A stretch of DNA of 63,660 nt, the filler included, from Octopus bimaculoides (Eukaryota), in the NCBI RefSeq assembly GCF_001194135.2. It is 5 parts of 5 records of this genome, joined end to end, with 100 filler letters (N's around TTAATTAATTAA, not from the genome) between each part and the next. Parts side by side here need not be neighbours in the genome. Positions count along the whole stretch, not along the records: positions 26,752 to 43,592 come from NC_069003.1; positions 43,693 to 60,051 come from NC_069007.1; 3 more parts are not named here. One strand, written 5' to 3'. A model generated the notes under the pieces. It saw only the letters and a list, made by a program, of their open reading frames with translations. It was not told where the DNA came from and did not search any database. Positions 34,269-48,120 of this stretch are shown piece by piece (position 1 is the stretch's first letter; each line of letters starts with the position of its first letter). Both the position numbers and the translations under genes were made by a program.

Positions 34269-37200
34269 TTATTGAGGTTCCTTCATTGGTTCGAATATTA
34301 GGTATTGTTAGTGTTTAGCTCTATACCATAGGTCTGATTGAGCAGACCCACAGTTGAAAGTATTCCAGCCGTGACGATCCATCTTAATTCCAGACATTTG
34401 ACAATGGTGCATGTTGCAGTCGCGAGGCTGGTGTTTTGCAGCTATCATGTTTCACCTACAATAAACAACACCTAGAAAAACAAAACAAAAGAACAAAAAA
34501 AACCCTTCTTATCTTAACTGGAGAAGCTAAGATAGGAGGTGGGAGTGGTGGTGGTGGTGGGGTGGGGGTGTTNNNNNNNNNNNNNNNNNNNNNNNNNNNN
34601 NNNNNNNNNNNNNNNNNNNNNNNNNNNNNNNNNNNNNNNNNNNNNNNNNNNNNNNNNNNNNNNNNNNNNNNNNNNNNNNNNNNNNNNNNNNNNNNNNNNN
34701 NNNNNNNNNNNNNNNNNNNNNNNNNNNNNNNNNNNNNNNNNNNNNNNNNNNNNNNNNNNNNNNNNNNNNNNNNNNNNNNNNNNNNNNNNNNNNNNNNNNN
34801 NNNNNNNNNNNNNNNNNNNNNNNNNNNNNNNNNAAAAGAAAGAAAAGAAATTAGGTAGAAATAAAAGAATAAAAAAAAAACTGGCTTATTCTTGCCTTCT
34901 TCTCTTTCTTCCTCTTTTTCGTCTCCTCCACCACCACACCACCCTCTTCCCCCTCCCCTTCCGCTCCTTTTTCACCTGTTCCTCTTCTCTCCTTTTCTCC
35001 TTTCTCTCCTCTTCTTCTTCTTCTTCTTCTTCCCCTTCCTCCTCGTTCCCTTCCTTTTTATATTTTTCTTCCTTGTTTTTCTCTTTTCCTTTTATCCTCT
35101 TCCTTTGTCATCATCATCATCATCGCCATCGTCGTTTTCTCTCTACTCCCACCTCTCCCACTCCTTGCTCCATTACTTACGGGTCATATTGCTTACACCC
35201 CCCTCCCCCACACAGTCTGACCTTTCTCTCTCTCTACGCACACACACTCACACGCACACACTCATGCAAACAACACATAGGCATGCACACATACGCACGC
35301 ACGCACACACACACACATAGGCACACGCACACGCGCGCGCACACGCGCGCGCACCCATACATACCACAAGACTCCAGACAACACCACACACACACACACA
35401 CACACACACACTCATACACATTCATGCTCACACCCACACACTCGTACACACACATATACGCACACACACACACACACACATACACACGCACATACACACG
35501 CACATACACACATAGACACACACGCATGCACGCACACAGACACACACATAGATAGACCTCCCCCCCAAACACACACACGGTTATAGTCTGTAAAAAATAA
35601 GAGCGTACGGTCCCTCATCCTGTTGTTCGGTAGACGGTTGACACAACAGGTGACATCTCTTGGCTAAGGTAACATCGTCGTCGTCTTAGTGGAAACAATC
35701 TTTTTTTTAACCTATCTTGAGTGCCTCAACCACAATATTTATTTTAATTCTGGGCCTCACAACCACCAACAGCAACAACAACAACTACCACACACATTAC
35801 TACTACTACTACTACTACTACTACTACCACTAACACCACCACCAACTCTACTACAACCACCACCACCACCACCACCACCACCAACAACAACACTATTACC
35901 ACCACCGCCCCACCAATACCACCACCATCACCAATACCATTACTACTACTATTACTGCTGCTACTACTACTACTACTACTACTACAACCACCACCACCCT
36001 ACTACTACTACTACTACTACTAAGGCCTCTTCAAGAAGGGTATAACACTGTCACCACAACATCATCACAACGTCACCACTTTACGGTAACAACACCTTAC
36101 TATTGCCAAAACATCACTATAATACCAGTACCACCAGCACCACCACCTAAACACCACCTCCTTCAACGTAACCCTAACCCTAATTCCCCACCACCGCCAC
36201 CAATACCACACACACACAAAGAAAACGAAACAAAACGTATATAACAATAGTAAGCATAACAAGAAAGTGACGATGGTTATAAAAGGCTAGGATAACAACA
36301 GCAGCCAGTGTTTGTGACCAACCCTTCGAAATCCGGATTAATTTCTCTTTTGTTTGCCTTAAGGAATACACATTCTAGAATAGGAAGACAGTGGATAGCT
36401 TCGCTTAGAGACAGAGAAACAGCTTCACAAGTTGACAAGGTACCCCCATTCAGGGGAAGATAAGATTTTTACCTTCACAGGAAAAAAGAGATATATTTAT
36501 ATATATATAGTTTGACAGGAAGATATTGTACACCTCTGCAGTAAGAATTACTCTGTCTCGGAAAGTTAGAGTTTACCTTTCATGGGAAGCATGTACAGAC
36601 GATATGATTTGGTGAGTATAAAATCCTAGAAAACTCTTTCCCAGCACTTCATCTTGTTTTAACCTTACTACTAACTCCTTTCCTTCTTTTTGTTTTTACA
36701 CGTTCTCCAATTTTTGCTCCGTCGAGAGGGTTACCTCTCTCACTGGTGGCAATGTCTTCTTTATAACTCGGACTGGTATGGGCAAGTCAAATCATGGGCA
36801 AATCAAATCTTCTCTGTGAAGCCGAGATCTCGAAATAAAAGGCAACGAGGGTAAGATGTGACCGGCGTTATTGTTTGTAAGAACGTGGCGCAGGCATGTC
36901 CAAAGAACCAGTTTTTGGTAACCTTTTAGAAATGTTATACAGAGAGAGAGAGAGAGAGAGAGAGAAAATATAGTCGCCCTACATTTTGGTTATAATCTGA
37001 ATGGAAAAAACATTTATCAGATACCTTTTTACTCGATTAAACTTGCATTCAACTCTGTTCTCAGTTGACATTTTAAAGACTTCTCAGACTGACGAAAGGA
37101 TTTGAAGTTCAAATGGGAAGTGGAATAACTAAACACAACAACACCATCAACAACAACAACAACTACAAGAAGAAGACATTGCCTGACGTTTTGGGTGATA

Positions 37201-37424
37201 CAGGCATCGATATTCCAATAATAGTTATTAGCATTGAAACATTGAATATATTGATGTCAACCAAATATTTTAGAGTAGCTGCCTCCAACCTTTTGTTATT
37301 TTTTTTTGCATCACAGATTTGGGGATCAAACGTATAACAAAACACAATAAAGTGTATAATATATGATTTGATTATTCCATGCATATGTATGTTAAATATA
37401 ATACTTATATAGCACCAACGCACC

Positions 37425-37545
37425 AACACCGGTTACGGGGGACGTAAACACACTATCACCGGTTATGGGGACGTAAATACACCAGCATCGGTTACGGGGA
37501 CGTAAAGGCACCAACATCGACTACGGAGACGTAAACACACCAGCA
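37425..37545 (+). repeat. About 29-bp minisatellite, 4 copies, derived from a SINE segment
   Basis: Unit acggggacgtaaacacaccagcatcggtt matches the SINE tail sequence at about 57302-57331. Confidence 0.85.
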
Positions 37546-37989
37546 GAGTCTGTAGTAAAAGAAATACACCCAAATGTTTCGCAGTAGAATCGAACGCTCG
37601 ACCATGTGGTTGCGAAGCGAGCGAATTTCTTAACCATAGGCCTATACAAACATATTTTTCGTTTTTTTTTTATTTCTAGTGCTATTTATTTATTTATTAT
37701 TCAAAGATGGACGGGAGGGGTTCGATGCAGCTATGGTTTCACTCTAACAATTGCAAAATGATATTCACAGGAAAAGAATCAAAAACGAAAAAATGAACTG
37801 GGAATTCTCGAGATCGGGTTGAGTGCAGTTGTTAGTGAGAAGGCCCAGGGAATGAAGAGAATGTGGGTCATGAGAGGAGAAGGAAATGGTGGTGGAGTAT
37901 CCGTGTCAGTAGGTCAGAGGTTGGGTATATCGGCGAGTGAATTAATGTCGGGTAACTTGGGTAAGTTTTGTTTGAATACGACCGAGGCT

Positions 37990-38235
37990 GTCTGTGTATG
38001 TAGCAACAACGCTGCCCTTCGTGTAGGGGTGTTACTTCATTGTGGATGTAGGATGTCTGTGTCTGTAGCAGAAACATGGCCCTAGGGTTGTTACTCCATT
38101 GTGGGTCCGTGACGACTGTGTTTGTAGCAGAAACATGGCCCCCACGTGTAAAGTTATTACTTCATTGTAGGTCCATGATAATTGTGTGCGTAGCAGCAGA
38201 AATGCACCACTTATAGGGGCAGTCCTCCATTATGG
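37990..38235 (+). repeat. About 60-bp degenerate tandem repeat, 4 copies
   Basis: Recurring tgtgt.tgtagcagaaacatggccc...gttact(c/t)cattgt(g/a)gg. Confidence 0.75.
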
Positions 38236-38239
38236 ATTT

Positions 38240-38795
38240 CATTTGAACTTTGTAGGCATTTAATAGTTGGTGTCTTCAGTCTGTAAAATGCAAGGTCAGT
38301 ATTTGTGGCACCATCTTGACTATGCCAATGATGTGATTTCGGCAGGAGAGATCATTTGTGATGACGAAGCTTAACATCTGTAACGTTCTAGTTCCCTTGA
38401 TATATGTAGAACACAAGATTGGCATGACTCCATCGGAGAGTGTTTTTAAGGTCCCTGTTCATGGTATCACCATATATTTTGTGTGAGATGTATAGTTTGT
38501 ATGAGAATGGTTCTTAGGTATGGAAATTGGTGAGGAATGGAGAATGGTTTAACCTGAGTAGCTGTGGATGTTGACGATTATGACGTGAGGGGACAAAAAG
38601 TAAAGATTGTGACAAACCAGAATTAATACCGTGTGGGTCAGAGAGGACCATTTCAGTACAAGTTGGATTAGCGTAATTTGGAGTCAAAATTGGGCCATTT
38701 TTTTTTCAAAAGATTTGGGTCAAAGTTAAAAACTTGGAGTGATTCCACTGGTGAATGACATAGGAAAGTTGATCTGGATTTACGAAAGCCATATT
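38240..38795 (-). mobile_element. CR1/L2-like LINE RT remnant
   Basis: Minus-strand broken frames: LQYGFRKSRST, LSYVIHQWN, GINSGLSQS, ITNDLSCRNHI, in the expected RT order. Confidence 0.62.
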
Positions 38796-40242
38796 GGAGG
38801 TCATGTATGTATGTATGTATATATATACACACACACACATATATCTATCCATCCATACATACATACATACATACATACATACATACATACATGCATACAT
38901 ACATATGAATATATCTATCGATCTGTCTGCCGTCTGTGTGTCTCAACTACACATACGCATGCTTGGCTATCAACCTTTTCCTTGCAAAATATTTTATCGA
39001 TAGGCAGATCGATACATTCACGCGTATGTATGTATGTATGTATGTATGTATGTATGTATGTATTATGTATGCATGTATCAATCTATCTGTGTATAAAATC
39101 TTTTACAAGGAAAAGGTGACAGCCAAACGTGCGTATGTGTAGTTGAGCCCAGATTCCGCCGACGTCAACTTTGACGTGCACCCTTTCGGGGTCGATAAAA
39201 TAAAGTCCCAGTCAAGTACTGGGATCGATAATATCAAATAAGCCCCATCCCCTCAAACACTTCTAGCCTCTTGTCTGAATCAGAAACAATTATCAAGACT
39301 GAATCTGCAGAATCGTCTCAGAGTTGTTCAAATGCCTTGTATGAAGTTATGTTTCTTGGCGTTTAGATTTCAAAACCCGGTGAGATCAACTTGGCCTTTC
39401 ATTCTTCCGAAGTCGATAAATAAAGTACCCAGGAGGTACTGGATCGATTTTATCCATGCTACCCCACCACCAAAAAAAAATTATGTTGCAAGGATTCTGT
39501 ACCAGAAATTGACGTTTTTATTATTTATATTTTTATTGTTGTCATTACCACCACCACCACCACCACCACCACCACCACCACTAATACCTTCACTAGTGTC
39601 ACCACCATCACCACTACTGCTAATACCTTCACTACTGCCACCATCACCATCACCACCAACACCACCAACAACAACAACACCTGTCCACACACACATACAC
39701 GCACACGCGCGCTCAGACATAAACACATACATTAATGATCTGGTCAGTTTGTATAGGCGGGACAATATTTTTTGTGTCCTTCTTAATATACAAAGGTAAG
39801 GTGGTCTGATTTGAAAGAAATTGTAAGGTCCGCGCAGCAGTTTTCCCTCGGATCGAATTAAACCTAGTTCTTATTGTTGTTACTGTGTATTGTCAGATTA
39901 ATGATGGTCGAGCTACGATAAAAGCTGTTTACAATTGTGACAACTCCCATTGTTTCAACAACAGAGCCTATAATTTTTTTAGCACCGTGTACCGCAGGAG
40001 AGACAGCCCCAGACTGACTTCAGAAACCGTCGCCTCCTTATTGTAAACCAATATCAAAACATTGGCTGATTACAGGCGACGCCAGCCTCGGCTACAACAA
40101 AATATTGTAGAAGGCACGCGCACGCGATGTTACGAGTAAACAAACATTTAGATCAGTTGAAACATGTTTGCGACATTTTCGAGTTGTACAGAGGCTGCAT
40201 TCACTGCTAACTTACCGCTGAGAAGAGTTCAAGCTTTTAGAC

Positions 40243-40805
40243 CGGTGGTTCTCATCCGGGGTCCATAGAAGATTTTGGGTGGGGGTGGGGGGTGGGATCA
40301 ATGAACAAATTTTGTTTTAGATATATTTATTGGAAGAAACAGATCAGTTTTTTTTCTTTAACGTTTTTCATAGTTCAACCTACACAAGTTAATGAGTAAA
40401 TAACGAAATAGGAAGTTTCAAAGAAGTATTTTAGGACTACTTGTTTGCCCCTATATAAGGGTTTCTCAACCAGTTTTACCTAGAATTCCTTCTTTGATTA
40501 CTGTTTTATTCTGGTGGACCCCATGGCCGTTTGATGTTTAAAAACTAGTTTTATAGAAACTTCTTTCATAATTCCTATTTTGTTTTTTATACATCAACTT
40601 GTGTAGGTTGAACAATGTAAAATGTTAGAGAAAGAAACAGCTCTGTTTCTTGCAATACATACCAATAAATACATCTGAAGCAAAATCTTTTCAGGGGCCC
40701 TTAAAATACTATTGTGCATCTCTAATTAATTATTTTGTTGCGTGGACCTTCAAAAATCTTATATGGACCCTCAGGTGCCATATGGACTCTCATTGAGAAC
40801 CATTG
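40243..40805. mobile_element. Compound hAT-like MITE
   Basis: CGGTGGTTCTC start, a second GGGTTTCTCAACC near 40460, same internal block, ends ATTGAGAACCATTG. Confidence 0.65.
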
Positions 40806-41379
40806 CAATAGATCGTTCTAAAACACCTATTTGATATTTTAGGAGCGAAGTCATTTTGAGTTTGAAGGATTGCAGGGGAGTACACGGCACACAATTTGGT
40901 TATTGCAGTATTTGAGTATGAAACTTATAGAATAGCTCACATTTAAAACCTGTTTATTAAATGATATTTATAGCTCGCTGGATAGACTTCTCTTTGATGA
41001 TCCTACTGATAACAGAAGAGTACACTGTCTGTGTGTGTGTGTGTGTGTGTGTCTGTGTAATATAATATAAAAGTGCTCCTGTTGTTAAAAACAAAACAAC
41101 AATAACAACAAAACAATCGTACTCTATAATTCTCTTGTGTAGGGCCTGAACAAAGCACTGCTTTATGTTAGTTAACATTTCTCGCAGGTTTGTTTCCTGT
41201 TTTATGTTCTGCTTATATGCATTTCATTGTTTGTATGAATACAACGTCACACTATACAGACATACATTCGCTGCATTTTTATGATAAAATGGATTCACAC
41301 GTACATACACAAACACACAACACATACATACTCGCATACACACACCTGTATACGTTTGAGCTTACAAAGAAGAAAAAAG

Positions 41380-41690
41380 ATGAACCAATATATTGGTTCA
41401 TCTGCTACAATTTGGAAATCTAGATTTTATAATAATTCTCATTCGTTTAAGCATAGAAGAAAAAGTAATTCTACAAATCTAAGTAAATTCATTTGGGATT
41501 TAAAAGATAGGAACCTTATGATTTCAAGTGGTCCTTTATTAGTTATGCACCGTGGTACAATATTGGTAATTCTATATGTGATCTTTGCCTTGAAGAAATG
41601 CATTACATAATTATTTTAAAATTAACTTTATTGAATGTTAATGGAAACTTTACCATAAGATGTTGCCATAAATTTAGAAAGATATTTAAA
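41380..41690 (+). mobile_element. Penelope-like element, GIY-YIG endonuclease remnant
   Basis: YIGSSATIWKSRFYNNSHSFKHRRKSNSTNLSKFIWDLKD, frameshift, then KWSFISYAPWYNIGNSICDLCLEEMHYI...LLN...RCCHK. Confidence 0.85.
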
Positions 41691-42285
41691 TATTTCAATT
41701 ATTAATTATGATAATTAAAAAAAAATATTGTATAATAAGGTTAAATCTTATAAAAGGTTTAATATAATGAGCAAATAGATAAATAATTGTTGTAACGTAA
41801 AGTATCTAAGTTTCTATTAATGATAACGTAGAATTCTTATCTTTATTTTTTATTCTTTAATTATCCAGTGACGTCACCGATAGTTGAATACAAAAATAAT
41901 CTGTTTTAGATTATATTTCTATGTAGATTTCTAATAGTCATGATGTAGAATTCTTGTTTGTTTTATTTTATATATATATATATATATGTTTCATCATCAA
42001 CTGACGTCACCAATAGTTGAACGACTTTTGTTAAATATGTTTATTTTTTATTTTATTTTTATAAAACATTTTCGTTATCCAGTGACGTCATTATTAGTCA
42101 ACCAAAGGATTGTCTTAGGCTAGATTCAATTTAGGCGTTCTTTTGGTTAACGTTTATAAACCGGTAGCTTTTCAGGTGTTCAATTAGAATTTCACTAATT
42201 TTAGATAGCCTTGATAACGTTGTATTAACATATACTTACATTAAGTTTAATGATATTTTCTATATATATATGTACTTGTATGTAC

Positions 42286-42363
<78 letters not shown>

Positions 42364-43113
42364 NNNNNNNNNNNNNNNNNNNNNNNNNNNNNNNNNNNNN
42401 NNNNNNNNNNNNNNNNNNNNNNNNNNNNNNNNNNNNNNNNNNNNNNNNNNNNNNNNNNNNNNNNNNNNNNNNNNNNNNNNNNNNNNNNNNNNNNNNNNNN
42501 NNNNNNNNNNNNNNNNNNNNNNNNNNNNNNNNNNNNNNNNNNNNNNNNNNNNNNNNNNNNNNNNNNNNNNNNNNNNNNNNNNNNNNNNNNNNNNNNNNNN
42601 NNNNNNNNNNNNNNNNNNNNNNNNNNNNNNNNNNNNNNNNNNNNNNNNNNNNNNNNNNNNNNNNNNNNNNNNNNNNNNNNNNNNNNNNNNNNNNNNNNNN
42701 NNNNNNNNNNNNNNNNNNNNNNNNNNNNNNNNNNNNNNNNNNNNNNNNNNNNNNNNNNNNNNNNNNNNNTATATATATATATATATATGTACTCATACTC
42801 AAACACCTACACACGCATATATAAACATGGTCGGCTGATGTTTATGCCTTTATGTGCTATAAGCTATTTCTTTGTCACATGCTGGTGTGACATAAAAAAA
42901 AGTATCCAGTACACTTTGTAAAGTGGTTGGTGTTAGGAAGGGCATCCAGCCGTAGAGACCATGCTAAAAATAGGAAAACTGGACCCTGTTGCAGTTCTCC
43001 GGCTCGATGGCCAGCTCCTGTCAAACCACCAAACCTATGCTACCATGGAAGACGGGCGTTAAATGTTGGACAACGACGACGACAATGATGATGATTATGA
43101 TAATGATGATAGT

Positions 43114-43146
<33 letters not shown>

Positions 43147-43544
43147 GTCAGAAAGGGTGTGTTTGTATGTGCATAAGTATGCGCATACCTACATACGTAT
43201 GATATTGCTCATAGCAGGTAAGTTTACAATTTGATAGCGTTTCAACATTCCTTCTGTACACCCTCACCCCTCTCTTGGTCGTTGTCCTCTTTCTGACCAC
43301 CCCCACTCCACCTCCTCCCCACTTCGCTCTATATCGCTTATCTCCCAAATATAAACCAGCCAGGTCAAGCCGAGGTGTTTCGTAATGGGTTGTTAGAGTT
43401 GTGTTTCCGGTCGGTGTAATTGGGCAGGGATTAGAAAAGGAAACGCAGGAACTCACTTTCTCTCGATCCCTTATCTATCACACATACACACGGACACACA
43501 CACACGGACACACACACACATTTCTTTTTTATAGATATACATGC

Positions 43545-43587
<43 letters not shown>

Positions 43588-43744
43588 TATGTNNNNNNNN
43601 NNNNNNNNNNNNNNNNNNNNNNNNNNNNNNNNNNNNTTAATTAATTAANNNNNNNNNNNNNNNNNNNNNNNNNNNNNNNNNNNNNNNNNNNNAATGGTGA
43701 GCAACGAGAGGAAAAAAGAAAAAGAGGAAATACGAGGGGGAAAA

Positions 43745-43865
43745 AGAGATACGTAGTAGTAACAGAGGAAGAACAAGAGGGGTAAGGCGAGATACGTAGT
43801 AGTACAGAGGAAGAACAAGAGGGGTAAGGCGAGATACGTAGTAGTACAGAGGAAGAACGAGGGGG
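43745..43865 (+). repeat. 42-43-bp tandem repeat, about 3 copies
   Basis: gagatacgtagtagtacagaggaagaacaagaggggtaaggc repeated almost perfectly, next to a scaffold join. Confidence 0.9.
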
Positions 43866-44905
43866 GGGAGAAAGGAAAGAGAAAGAGATAGAGTAGCGTC
43901 GGAGGATAAGTATACGAACTACTTACAATTTTTGTGAGACGCTGCGTTCAATCATGTAAAAACAAAAGTAAATGAGTATATGCATATATACGTACAGGTA
44001 TGTGCATACCGACATCCACCTGTATGTATAGGTGCATATCTGGGTACAGGACATTGCAAACAAACGTAGACGAGAACACACGAGCCACATAGAGAACAAT
44101 ATGTATGTATGTATGTATGCATGTATGTATGTATGTATATATAAATACACACACACACTAACCCACAAGAGTTATCAAGTGAAACAGAGACAGGCAGAAA
44201 CAAGAAAAATGCCGCTGTTACTTAAATACTATACAAATATGTATTTAAAAAGACTTTTCTTTTAAATTTACCAAAATTTAATTTTTCAATAATTTTTCAA
44301 AATTTATTATTCATATTTACTGTTGAAAAGATCTCAAGGATGGAAACCGGTTCTGTAATGTTCTTTATAAAAGTATTTTAGCATTTTCTACTTCGTCTCT
44401 TTTCCATATATATATATANNNNNNNNNNNNNNNNNNNNNNNNNNNNNNNNNNNNNNNNNNNNNNNNNNNNNNNNNNNNNNNNNNNNNNNNNNNNNNNNNN
44501 NNNNNNNNNNNNNNNNNNNNNNNNNNNNNNNNNNNNNNNNNNNNNNNNNNNNNNNNNNNNNNNNNNNNNNNNNNNNNNNNNNNNNNNNNNNNNNNNNNNN
44601 NNNNNNNNNNNNNNNNNNNNNNNNNNNNNNNNNNNNNNNNNNNNNNNNNNNNNNNNNNNNNNNNNNNNNNNNNNNNNNNNNNNNNNNNNNNNNNNNNNNN
44701 NNNNNNNNNNNNNNNNNNNNNNNNNNNNNNNNNNNNNNNNNNNNNNNNNNNNNNNNNNNNNNNNNNNNNNNNNNNNNNNNNNNNNNNNNNNNNNNNNNNN
44801 NNNNNNNNNNNNNNNNNNNNNNNNNNNNNNNNNNNNNNNNNNNNNNNNNNNNNNNNNNNNNNNNNNNNNNNNNNNNNNNNNNNNNNNNNNNNNNNNNNNN
44901 NNNNN

Positions 44906-44939
<34 letters not shown>

Positions 44940-45708
44940 GTGATCTCTATATGAGATATCATCTGATTTACGTAAAATATAGCTTTAACGTATTTTACAA
45001 CTTATTTTACCGTATATATATATATATATATATATATGATGGAATGAATATATATATACACACACACATATATACATACATATATATATATATATATAGA
45101 CATATACATATATATGTATGTATGTATGTGTATGTATATACATATATATGTATATATATATATGTGTGTATGTATATATATATATATATATTATTCTTTT
45201 ACTTGTCATTTGACTGCAGCCATGTTGGAGCACCGCCAGAGGAACTTTAGTCAAACGAATCGATCCCAGTATTAATGTCTTTAAAACCTGGCACTTATTC
45301 TACTGGTGTTTTTTGTAGAACTGCTAAGTTACGTGGACGTAAACACACCAACACTGGTTGTCGAGTGGTGGTAGGGAACAACATAAACACAAAGACACGT
45401 ACACACAGGCAGACTACAACAACGTTGATGGAACACTAAATATCAATAATAACAAAAGCAGAGATGCTGAAATGTTTTAGAAAAGTTATATTAGATATAA
45501 TATTTCGGCTAAGATAACCCTTTCACAAAAGTTCTAACAGCATAAAAGACAAGTACGTCTCTCAGCTTTGTAAGTCGGTTTAGCGGAGTGTTACAATTTT
45601 AAAACACATCAGGCATAATCGAATATTTCCTTTCAATTGTTATCATTGATATTTAAGTTATTGAATGATCGATCTGTATGGCTACAACCTTCCATTTACA
45701 TACATACA

Positions 45709-45742
<34 letters not shown>

Positions 45743-46733
45743 AAATTTTATTATTATTTTAATATTTATTACTTTGTACTTTTTTATTTTTATTATAGGT
45801 ATTTTTAGTGTATTTCCTTATTAAATTTTTCTATTTGTGATTGTGGATTTTCATGGATGAATTCAATAATTGTGGTTTTTTTCTCTAAATTACATATTTA
45901 TATATTATATATATATGAAATTGAATTTAATTTTAATTTTGATAAATCAAATTCAAATTGAATTTTTCCCTGTTAATTTGGATCTTNNNNNNNNNNNNNN
46001 NNNNNNNNNNNNNNNNNNNNNNNNNNNNNNNNNNNNNNNNNNNNNNNNNNNNNNNNNNNNNNNNNNNNNNNNNNNNNNNNNNNNNNNNNNNNNNNNNNNN
46101 NNNNNNNNNNNNNNNNNNNNNNNNNNNNNNNNNNNNNNNNNNNNNNNNNNNNNNNNNNNNNNNNNNNNNNNNNNNNNNNNNNNNNNNNNNNNNNNNNNNN
46201 NNNNNNNNNNNNNNNNNNNNNNNNNNNNNNNNNNNNNNNNNNNNNNNNNNNNNNNNNNNNNNNNNNNNNNNNNNNNNNNNNNNNNNNNNNNNNNNNNNNN
46301 NNNNNNNNNNNNNNNNNNNNNNNNNNNNNNNNNNNNNNNNNNNNNNNNNNNNNNNNNNNNNNNNNNNNNNNNNNNNNNNNNNNNNNNNNNNNNNNNNNNN
46401 NNNNNNNNNNNNNNNNNNNNNNNNNNNNNNNNNNNNNNNNNNNNNNNNNNNNNNNNNNNNNNNNNNNNNNNNNNNNNNNNNNNNNNNNNNNNNNNNNNNN
46501 NNNNNNNNNNNNNNNNNNNNNNNNNNNNNNNNNNNNNNNNNNNNNNNNNNNNNNNNNNNNNNNNNNNNNNNNNNNNNNNNNNNNNNNNNNNNNNNNNNNN
46601 NNNNNNNNNNNNNNNNNNNNNNNNNNNNNNNNNNNNNNNNNNNNNNNNNNNNNNNNNNNNNNNNNNNNNNNNNNNNNNNNNNNNNNNNNNNNNNNNNNNN
46701 NNNNNNNNNNNNNNNNNNNNNNNNNNNNNNNNN

Positions 46734-46782
<49 letters not shown>

Positions 46783-47375
46783 GCGTGTGTATGTATACTC
46801 TTCCTTCTCCTCCAACCAAGGAAGAAAAAAGAAGGAAACAGAAGGAAGAGGGAAAATGAAGAAAGAAATAGAAAGAAAGGAAGAAGTAACGAGAGAAGGA
46901 AGGAGAGAAAGAGAGAAAGAAGGAGGCAAACAAGGAAAGAAGTGGAGAAAGAAAGAAAAGGAAGGAGGAAATCAAGAAAGAATATAAAAATGAAAGAAAG
47001 AAGAAAGGAGGAAAGAAGGATAGGAAGAAAAAAGAAAGGTGGACATACAGAAAGAAGAAATAAAAGAGTAGGAAGGAAGGAAGGAACGAACGAGCGAACG
47101 AACGAACGAACGAACGAACGAAATGGAGAAAGAAAAAAAAGGGAGGAGAAAATAACGAAAGAAGAAAAATGAAAGAAAGAAGGAAACAAAGAAAGAAAGA
47201 AAAATAAGGAGGAGAAAAAGAAAGACAGAGAGAGAGAGAGACAGACAGAATGAAAGAAATGAAGAAGTGGAGGAAGGAATAAAAAAAGAAGTGAAGAAAG
47301 AAAAGACGGTTTGCTCACAACTGAAATGCCTTTGATAATAGGTTTGCCTGATTAGGATTGACCTTGGGTTAAACG

Positions 47376-47411
<36 letters not shown>

Positions 47412-47979
47412 GCAACAACAACAACAGAATAAGGGCAACGTTCGTTAGTACGGTAACACCGTCGCTAACGCCTACAACTTGATACTATATTAATTAAATG
47501 CATCAATTAAAAGGTAATTAGCTTAAGGCCGTTCATATCTTATATTTAACAGGAAATTCTAAAAGTCCTTTGTTGGAATTTCAAGAAAATTTGTATTGGA
47601 ATTACACGAAGAATGCTGATTTAATTTAATTTCTAAATTTCTAAATTGGTAAACAGGTAATCCGAATTGATATAATGTCAATGTCGTATGTGTGTTACCG
47701 TGAGCAAGTGTTGTGTTCAATCACTATAACCCCGGCACGACCGACCTATGCCTTATGAGTATATTTGCTGGAAGGAAACTGTATGGGAGCCCATCATAGT
47801 TATGTACATTTATTTGCATAATGCACATTATGGCTTGTCTATGAGCATGTCTAGATATGCAACTATATGCAAGAGAATACACACATACAAAATATACGAA
47901 TTTGCACATATACATACATACATAAATACATACATACATACATACATACATACATACACAAACATACATGTATACCCTA

Positions 47980-48072
47980 TTGTTGATGTTGAAATTCCAG
48001 TGCAGTCTCGGATCTAGGTTAGAAACCGGCTCTTTCTCTATTGGCAAGAAATCTTGAAATAAAACTGAATAA

Positions 48073-48103
<31 letters not shown>

Positions 48104-48120
48104 ATACATACATACATAGT
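47980..48120 (+). mobile_element. 5'-truncated retroelement tail ending in (TACA)n
   Basis: gatgttgaaattcca...ggatcta(g/a)gttagaaaccgg...ctattggcaagaaatcttgaaataaaac.gaataa then (TACA)n; second copy at about 60505-60620. Confidence 0.75.

Noticed and set aside
34380-34471. Very strong minus-strand acceptor at 34472-34473
   Set aside because: All three frames stop within 27 nt and the following ATG frame runs into SINE sequence; at most a UTR exon.
37113-37337. ORF starting MGSGITK, myristoylation-like
   Set aside because: Runs through an (AAC)n repeat, has no good donor and no recognisable domain.
37425-38235. Regularly spaced repeats as a possible CRISPR-like array
   Set aside because: Eukaryotic context, units are contiguous tandem copies without unique spacers, no cas genes.
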